Source: Eledone cirrhosa
Lineage: Eukaryota
NCBI GenBank assembly: GCA_964016885.1
Contig: OZ024743.1
Coordinates: forward strand, 3,410,001 to 3,474,000
Length of the DNA: 64,000 bases
Direction of reading: 5' to 3'
Shown: in pieces, positions 55,365 through 64,000 of the stretch
Layout of the letters: every line of letters begins with the position of its first letter
Numbering within the stretch: the first letter of the stretch is position 1
Translations under genes and position numbers: made by a program
The notes under the pieces: model-generated
Database searches by the model: none
The model's input: only the letters and a program-made list of their open reading frames with translations
What the model was told of the DNA's origin: nothing

Positions 55365-57365
55365 GGTTATTTATGTGCGCCCCCCAACACCTTGACGATG
55401 ACAGCCTTTACTCTAAAGTCACAGGGATCACTCCCACGCAGATCGAGGAGCACATCAACGCCGCCTGGACCAACATCTGCGACCGGCGGAAGCTCCCGAA
55501 GAAGCTTAGAAACAACCTCCTCACGAGAAACAGCAGACTACCCGCCTTCTATCACCTCGTGAAAACACACAAATAGGGACCCGACCTGAAGATCAGGCCT
55601 ATTTTATCGATCGTGGAGAGATCGCTCTACAAAATTTCATGGCTCCTAGCCAGAATACTTAAACCCCTACTGAACACCTTGCCAGGACACGTCAACAGCT
55701 CCGAGGAAGTATTGGAGCGTCTACACCAAATGGATCCCGACACCCGAAAGGCTAACAGGTATGCCTTCAGCCTTGATGTAGTCGCTCTTTACACCTCGGT
55801 CTCGGCTCTCCCGGCCGTCGATATACTGATAGAACGTGTTCAATCTACCAACCTACACTGCTTCGGGCTCACCCCCACTGACATCCACCAGCTCCTATCC
55901 GTCGTCGTTAACAACGCATATTTCAATTTTCTCGACCAAACACACCAGCAGACCTCAGGGCTACCCATGGGCTCAAGCCTGTCGGGTGTGCTAGCGATCT
56001 CGTACATGGACAGCCTCGAACGCAAGGCACTCAACACCTTCCACTCCAATGCCGTCGCCTTCTTCTCAAGGTACGTGGACGACATCCTCATCCTCACATT
56101 TTCCCAAGAGATGGCGAACGGGATTTACGAGACGTTCAACAATACGGACGAGAATATTGACTTCAGTGTTGAACAACCCAACGACGACGGGTCCATAACC
56201 CTACTCGACTTCCGAATCAACATCACGGAGCAGGGAGAGATCAACACCAACTTCTTCCGCAAGGCAGCCTCCAGGGACTTGTCAGTCCACTACAAATCTG
56301 CCCTCCCTAACAGTGCTAAAAAAGGGTACATAACGAACGAGATCACACGGATTAAAAATAGATGCAGCGATCCCGTGAGTAGTGTCGCCCATACCAAGCG
56401 GTTCCACGGGGTACTGGAGACGAACGGATACCCAGCATTATTTACAAGCAGAGTAAGAGACACCAGACTCAAGAGGCAGAGAAACACCCAAGGCAAGTGC
56501 TTCCGTAAAATCCCGCACCTGGGCGAGAAAACCACCAACGCTAGCCGCAGGGCCATACGGAGGGAGGGCCTCGACATCCACTTGGCCCATTCGGGCCCCT
56601 CCCTTCGTGGATGCCTCTCCAGGAAACCTGAGAAATTGGTTAATGCGTGTTCCCTCAGCATCTCTCCGATGCGCCAAACGAACTGTTGCTTACGCACGAA
56701 CGTCGTATACAAGGTAGAATGTGATAAGTGTAACGACTTCTACATCGGTAGCACTACATGTCCGGATGAAGGAACACATCAACACCAGGGCCTCGTCTTT
56801 CCGGAAACACAAATCAAATGCGGAAACAAAGACGGAAGGCCCATTGTAACAGTGTTAGCGACGGAATACAACGTCGGCACTTTAAGAATCAAGGAAGCAC
56901 TTTGGATCAAACGCCTCGGACTACAAATAAATAACCGATCCGAGAGAATAAGACGATATGGCTGGTGTAAACAAATGAAACAACAACAACACACACAGAG
57001 TAGCAATCGAGCGATTGTTATTGTGTATGCATCGTGTCCATCATCCACCGACGGACTACCAGTACCAACACCACACCTGCCAGTATCAAAGACTGAATAT
57101 AAGAAATTGACAGCGAAGATGCGTACGCACTGACACATCACCATCCCACTACTCTAGTATAGAAGAACTGCCTCGACCTTTGTCTGACCGCAGCTATTCC
57201 GTGTGCATGAGCGCCCTACAGAGTAGTTCAGTTGTACACACACGATAGACATAAAAGCTTTCCTCCTTGGAAAACCCCCAGTTGATGGATGCTAAATCCG
57301 AAATATAGGGACAATTAAATCACCTCCAAGGTAACTCTATCTCGTGTTATTATTTTTACACTCTT
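55365..57365 (+). mobile_element. Penelope-like element, 5'-truncated
   Basis: PAFYHLVKTHK, RT and GIY-YIG motifs, then a 3' HHR-like cccc-CAGTTGA-t-ggat-gctaa-atcc-GAAA-tata-ggg at 57276-57310. Confidence 0.92.
55613..57133 (+). pseudogene. PLE reverse transcriptase/GIY-YIG endonuclease ORF remnant
   Basis: FSLDVVALYT, GLPMGSSLS, RYVDD, NVVYKVECDKCNDFYIGST, LRIKEALWI; in-frame stop just upstream. Confidence 0.9.
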
Positions 57366-57505
57366 TTCTACGTGCCTCTACACCCTATACATCTCATTCT
57401 ACCTTTCCTCTTTCATCTCTCTCATTATCACCTGATTCTGTTACCCGGAGATTTACTCATTTGCATTGTTGAGGCTTCCAAAACGACCAATTTTATTATT
57501 TCACA

Positions 57506-58081
57506 ATGCTTCAAGCAAACTTCAACACTCTCTTATATATATGGATGGTCATCCACGAAACTCGCGAGTCACGTATGGTCCCTCATGACTCAGGTATAGA
57601 GTACTCCATTCAATGGAAAGACATCACTAGGTCCAAGCCATACGCTAGGGGCAATCCGTCTTGTGGACTGTGTATTGAAGAAAGGATAAATATTCTAAGG
57701 AGATTACGCAATAGCGATTGCCTAAATTCAAGAAATGAAATCTTCTCACGCTGTCCACACGTCTGGAAACACCTCTTGCATAACTACAAAGCTTCAGATT
57801 GAATAACAATAACATTCTAATTTTCTTATCAACTCGAACATCTTTTCCGGACTTTTGAAGTTATCTTCCTTACACCTTTCGCCCGTGGCTTTGTATCGCT
57901 TGGGTGAAGTGACCGTTTTTGTGCATACGTGTTCATACGGTTGTTCTTCATGTTCCATATAACCATGACCAGTACGAGCTGAAGATCTGCTAAGGTGAAC
58001 TAACTGTTGTGTTACCACTTCTACCTAACTCGTCCCATGGACTGAGAGCTCTACCACTACGGATATTACCTTCCTGTGTTC

Positions 58082-58085
<4 letters not shown>
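57506..58085 (+). mobile_element. Second-type PLE 3' end (GIY-YIG C-terminus plus pLTR)
   Basis: YSIQWK..KPY...CGLCIEE..LNSRNEIFSRCPH; pLTR matches 25485-25622. Confidence 0.8.
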
Positions 58086-58154
<69 letters not shown>

Positions 58155-58177
58155 GTATGTATGTATATATATATATA

Positions 58178-59471
58178 TACACATGGCAGTGTCGGCTGAA
58201 AAGTTCATACGGTGACTAAGATACTCTCGTGGAATGTGACCAAATGAGGTTTATTTTTTAATAAAGACCCCCCTGCGGTCCACATACTTCTTTCATTGGT
58301 GTTGCAATGCTTGGATCCCATTGGTGAAGAAGCTTTCATCCTGTTGGTAAAAAAGTTTATCAACGGCGGATATGACGTCATGCTGACTGCGATGCTGGTT
58401 CCCAGCCATGTATTTTTTTCATATTGCAGAACAGATGATAGTTAGATGATAGAATAGGGAGAGTGATTAACCAGTTCAAATCCACAGTCACACACAGCAG
58501 TCATTGAAATCAAGGACTTGTGTGCTGGAGCATTGTCCTAGTGAAACAAGAGCCTTTCATCAGTTTTCCTAGGCGTTTGGTCTTGATAGCTTTTCGTAAC
58601 TGTCTCAGCAAGTACTCTCCATAGATGGCGTGGCCCTTTTAGAGATAGTCAATAAACACAATGCCTTTTGCATCCCAAAACACTGAGGCCATCACCTTCT
58701 TTGCAGCTGAAACGACCTTGGCCTTTTGGGAGCAGTGTGGAGGGGTGTTTTCACTGCATAGATTGTCTCTTTATCTCTGGATCAAAGTGATGAACACATA
58801 CTCATCCTGGGTGAGGAAACGTTCAAGGAAACCACTGGATGTGCTTCAGACAAAGTCAGATTTTCCCATGATGTGATGAACCTAGTGCGCTTTTGATCAG
58901 GTGTCAGAAGACGTGGCACTCACTGAGCAGAAACTTTCGTCATGCCAACTTCATTGTGTAGAATATTCTCAACTCTCTCACGGGATATGCTATTAGTATT
59001 GGCTATTTGATTTATAGTCAATCGCTTGTCATCCATCACCATGTGGTGAACACGATCAATATTTTCTTCGGTGGTGGCAGTTGCAGGACGTCCAGGCCTT
59101 GGGTCATCTTAAAGAGTTTGCCTTCCCCTCATAAATTCAGTTGCCCACTTTTGCACTGTTGCTAAAACTAGAACGACATTCCTTAATTTAGCAACCATGT
59201 CAGAATGAATGTCATTAGGGGCGTAACTCTTTTTCTGCAGGTATTTGATGATACCACGATACCAAATTTTGCTCATTTTCAAGAGAGGTCGCTACTAGCT
59301 ACATTTGAAGTCTTCTGTGAACAGTCAGCTGTCAATTTACCTTAAATAAAAAAACATAAAAAAACACTGCAGTTATTATAGAGAAGAGTTGAAATTAATG
59401 TATGCAAGATTTCACAGCCCTAGCATCACTCCTTCATAGTCAGTCTATGAACCTTTTAGTCAAACCTCGTA
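58178..59471 (-). mobile_element. Degraded full-length mariner
   Basis: TIRs ggctgaaaagttcatacggtgact / agtcagtctatgaaccttttagtc; FELVNHSPYS..YHLF; about 1.3 kb. Confidence 0.85.
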
Positions 59472-59476
59472 TATAC

Positions 59477-59561
<85 letters not shown>

Positions 59562-60169
59562 TGTGTGTATGCGTGTGTGTATATGTATGTGTGTATATGT
59601 GTGTATGTGTATGTGCGTGTGTATGTGTGTGAGACTAAGTTCATAGTGAAAAAATATTTAATAATTCCTTGATTACAACAAATCTATGTGAAGGCACTTG
59701 AATTTGAAAGTTTTCCTTGACCTTCGTATACTTCAATCAGCCTCCCCGTCCTCCCCCTTCTCCTCCTCCTCCTCATCATCATCATTACGATCTTCTCCTT
59801 CTTCTTCTTCTTCTTAGAAATAATAGATTACTTTGACCGCAGTAGTTATCTAATCAACTTCGTGACCAGGGCGAGTTTTGAATAAATTATATTGAGGCTA
59901 GAATTGGCTGTGGAATAATTAGACACGCGTTGATCTAATAAGCAGACCGTTTCGTTGACCGAATAATTGGAATAGTCATCGTCGTAAGCGGTTGATGTCC
60001 TAAAGAAAGAAATATAGCTCTAAATAGATATAGTCCAAAACAAATGGAATGGTTATAACTGGAACACATTTGATCATCAGTTCGCTCAGACGGTACTTGA
60101 AGTAGGTCTACACCACCACCGTCACCACCACCACCACCTCCCCAGAAACAACAACAGAATATTCTAAAA

Positions 60170-61055
60170 TGATGTTTCCAGCATAGTTACATCCCTTTAC
60201 GGTCTGAGTTCAAATCCCGTCGAGGTTAACTTTGCCTTTCATCCTTACGGGGTCGATAAAATAAAGTACCAGTAATGCAATGGGTAATTGCTGGCCTTGT
60301 GCCAAAAGTAGAAACAATTATTACTTATAAGGGCGATCGATTGGCAGTATCGGTGGAGGGTCAGACGCCATGCTTTGCAGCAAAGAGTTACGGCCTTTTA
60401 TGGTCTGAGTTCAAATCCCGCCGAGGTTAACTTTGTCTTTCATCCTTACGGAGTCGATAAAATAAAGTACCAGTAATACACTAGGTTAATGCTGGCCTTG
60501 TGCCAAAAGTAGAAACAATTATTACTTATTCCTATTCTCTCCTGTGGCTGATGTTAGCTTCGGAGATCTTTGGAAAAACGTAAGCAGACAATCATCGAAC
60601 TTGATAATACTGCGGCAGCAGCTAATACTAAGCAGGATTGACAGTATCGGTAGGGCATCAGACACCATGTTTTGCAGCATAGTTATGGCCCTTTACGTTC
60701 TGAGTTCAAATCCAGCCGAGGTTAGCTTTGCCTTTCTTCCTTACGGGGTCGATAAAATAAAGTACCAGTAATACACTGGGATAATTGCTGGCCTTGTGCC
60801 AAAAGTAGAAATAATTATTATCAACATTAGTAGAGCAGTGGATTGGCAGTATCGGTAGAGCGTCGGACAACATGCTTCGCGGCATAGAGTTACGGCTCTT
60901 TACGTTCTGAGTTCAAATCCTGCCGAGGTTAGCTTTGCCTTTCATCCTTACGCGGTCTATAAATAAAGTACTAGTAACGCACTGGGGTCAATTTAATCGA
61001 ATTTCTCGTCCCCAAAATTGTCGGCCATGTGCCTAAATCAGAAACCATTATTATC
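60170..61055 (+). mobile_element. Tandem cluster of four SINE A copies
   Basis: Units near 60170, 60338, 60632 and 60835. Confidence 0.9.
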
Positions 61056-61272
61056 AATATTAGCTGGTCCCGAATATGCTCTAGATATTGTTATATCCTT
61101 TAATTAATGTCGTCAGTTGTCTATTGTTATTTAAATATTCCGCCTCAAAGTGATTACAATAAGCGTTTTCTATTTTATATTCTACACAGAATGTGTTAGG
61201 CTGTTCTCATAATCTTTAGATACTCTTTAACTTAATCTTAATGTTTACGAACTGTGTGCGTATGTGTATATA

Positions 61273-61318
61273 TTCCTGATGATTTCTCACGAATGAAACA
61301 GTTCTAATCCTGTAGAAG

Positions 61319-61320
<2 letters not shown>
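61273..61320 (+). ncRNA. Hammerhead-like motif, family P3, not inverted
   Basis: CTGATGA t-ttc-tcac-gaa-t GAAA cagttc TA. Confidence 0.55.
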
Positions 61321-61386
<66 letters not shown>

Positions 61387-61512
61387 ATAACAAGACATCC
61401 TTTAAGGTAATCCAACTATCAGCGACTTTTAGACACACCGGACTAATGAAACAATTGTTAATACTTTAAATAAACCCTACTGTACAGCCGACCATGTTAT
61501 TCGTCATTCTTT

Positions 61513-61561
<49 letters not shown>

Positions 61562-61724
61562 TATATATATACATACATACACACATGTTCGTATGCACTT
61601 TTTTTAGCTGATTGGTAGCACGTAGTGAGAAACTCTGCCAAGGACGGAGTGAATCATCAGCTTTATCCGACCACACACACACACTCGCACGCGTGCGCAT
61701 GTTTATAAATTCTTTCTTATCTCA

Positions 61725-61837
<113 letters not shown>

Positions 61838-61869
61838 CGTGTATTGTGTGGGTGTCTTAAATTTATAAA

Positions 61870-62830
61870 GTTATACTAGGATCGGTCTGGAATCCTTTCG
61901 AAGAAGAGTTGAGAGAGATTGGAGCAGTTTTTGAATGATGGTTTGCTTTGACGTTGCATGTCACAGCTATTGTTTATCTAAATGTCATGTAATACATGGT
62001 TTAGACTTGTGAAGTCGTTTATGCACGTTGCAACTAGACTTGCTAACTACTGTTGACAATATATGACAGTACATAATAGTGCAAATGCTTCTTCTTACAT
62101 TTGTTTGCTTGTCAATGTTTTGTGAATGTGTGTGTGCGTGTGTGGGGGATTGTGAAACTTTGCGATGTTTGTTCTGACTCTATGCACGAGTTCCAAACTG
62201 TATCGTCATGTAACCATACACAGACACATACACTCGCTAGCCAGCTCTACTGGCTTAGGGCTAGCAGGCTGGTTTTGAGATCAGCGTAAGTCATCTTCAT
62301 GATATTCTTCTGGATGTTAATATCTCGGACAACCTTTAATGCTTGTATTCCGACCAAAGAAAAGAATTTCATGGCCATTTGACTTTGGCTACCATCTTGT
62401 ATGTTATTCTCCACTTTGTTCACGTAAGCCTTTGTTTCAAAGGCCATGAGCCAGTTTGTAACGTCTTCGACTGTAGGTTTATGTCGCCAAGAAGCTTTCT
62501 TTGCCCTATCGTCGACACCATTGTCGTGTCTTGTTTATTTCCTTATGTGTGTAGGTAATTGAACAAGGAACAGTAATTTACAAATTTCTATTTCAACACA
62601 ATAAACTGTTGAACTGAATCGAGCATATAATAATAACACTGAACGTAATTCCAAGCGACAGAAAGAATTGTGTACTCCTCAAACCGTCAAACTGTACTTC
62701 GAACTTGGACAGAATTCTGTGCCCCCATTTAGCTAAAGTATAATGTATAGGCAAAAAAACACGAACAAACTTGAAACACGTGATTGTGATATGATTGGCT
62801 GTCGTTAGATAATTAAACAATTACACAGCA
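61870..62830 (-). mobile_element. Gypsy-like LTR, PBS and gag N-terminal remnant
   Basis: Minus strand TGCTGTG(62830)..AATAAA..CACGACA(62522) a TGGTGTCGACG; then FFSLVGIQALKVVRD..MTYADLKTSLL. Confidence 0.65.
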
Positions 62831-63372
62831 TTTGTTAGATAACACTCAATACGAGTTCAATACACTACGCTTTTATTGGACACAAAGTTCCAAAATATTG
62901 GAGACAATACAAAGTAAAAAAACAATGATAACATCGAATGGGTTCCATATTGAGAAAAGAAAGGGTTATCAACAAAAAGAAAACAGTTGGTATAACAATA
63001 ACAATAATTGTAATAAATAATCATAATTGTAACACCGCCATGCCAGGATTTTTGAAAATTTTCCATTATAACCAGACCTGAAAGTCCTCCAGAAGTGTCG
63101 GGTCAGACAATTCTCCTCGACGCCCAGAGCCGCTTCCAAGGTACCCTCGCTCATGCCATACACTACCATCTATAGAAACCAACCATTGTTTTCTGACTGT
63201 CTATAAAGTTGTCCAACTGACAGCATCTGATAGCACTCTAGATGCTTGGTGTTGAAATTTGGTCTGCACTTGACTCAGAACTGAAGCTCGGTCAATCCCC
63301 TACTGTAGTTTCCAAGCTGAAGAATAATGCTGACCAATCCAATAGATTGAGATGACCATCGTTTAAAGAATG

Positions 63373-63941
63373 TTATGTATATTCGTGACAAATTTAATTA
63401 TGTATAATATTTGCTGCTCCCTAAATGATGAGCTGATAGACGGTCTATATCGACTGTTATTTCTTGTGGCAATTTACATTCATCACTTTGTCCGTATATA
63501 CCAATATTTACCTTGTTTGTAGATCTACGCATGCGTGCAATATAATTATCATTTTTTGGCGCATCATGCTGGTTCGATGAGAATGGACTCATTTCTCTTA
63601 ACGGGCATTTATATTTTTTCTTAACACTTACAGAATCCTTGAGACGAAAAGCTGTTTAATCTATTGGAATGGTCAGCGCTATTCTTCAGCTTGGAATCTG
63701 CAGTAATGGAACTTGGTGAAACCCTCTAGCTTTAGGCTACTTAACTGAGACTATATCCACATGGAAAGATGCTTGTGAAAAGATGCTTGTGAAGAGTTCT
63801 TTTTAGATTACTTTATTGTGATCTACCCCTCAGTGATTTCGTATAAGATCTTCTATATGTATTTGCTTCACTGAATGAGATTTTTTTTATCGATCTCTTT
63901 TCTTTGAGAAATTATGTATATTCGTGACAAATTTACTTATG

Positions 63942-63949
<8 letters not shown>
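63373..63949 (+). repeat. 38-bp direct repeat 539 bp apart, ending in (TA)n
   Basis: ttatgtatattcgtgacaaattta.ttatgtat at 63373 and 63912. Confidence 0.7.
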
Positions 63950-63991
<42 letters not shown>

Positions 63992-64000
63992 CGAAAGAAA

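Noticed and set aside
60170-61055. CRISPR-like repeat array
   Set aside because: Units are ~190-bp SINEs with Pol III boxes in a eukaryotic context; no cas genes.

Overview
AT-rich eukaryotic, non-coding window with no recognisable host exon. The SINE and RTE families and the extreme (TA)n/(CA)n content suggest an octopod cephalopod (inference). It is a mosaic of degraded transposons: RTE-clade LINEs with partner CORE-type SINEs, a tRNA-derived SINE family, CRE- and CR1-like LINE fragments, mariner/Tc1, hAT, a Helitron-like element, a Gypsy LTR remnant and several Penelope-like elements (PLEs). The most notable signal lies in the short unique 'islands' inside the (TA)n arrays. About 20 of them carry minimal type I hammerhead ribozyme (HHR) motifs (CUGANGA-stem II-GAAA-palindromic loop-UH), belonging to many unrelated families. 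At least a dozen islands are fold-back palindromes whose apex differs from copy to copy and often falls at or next to the HHR core. Three of the motifs (one clean, two partial or degenerate) lie directly downstream of PLE coding remnants. All calls were made by eye; coordinates of degraded elements are approximate.
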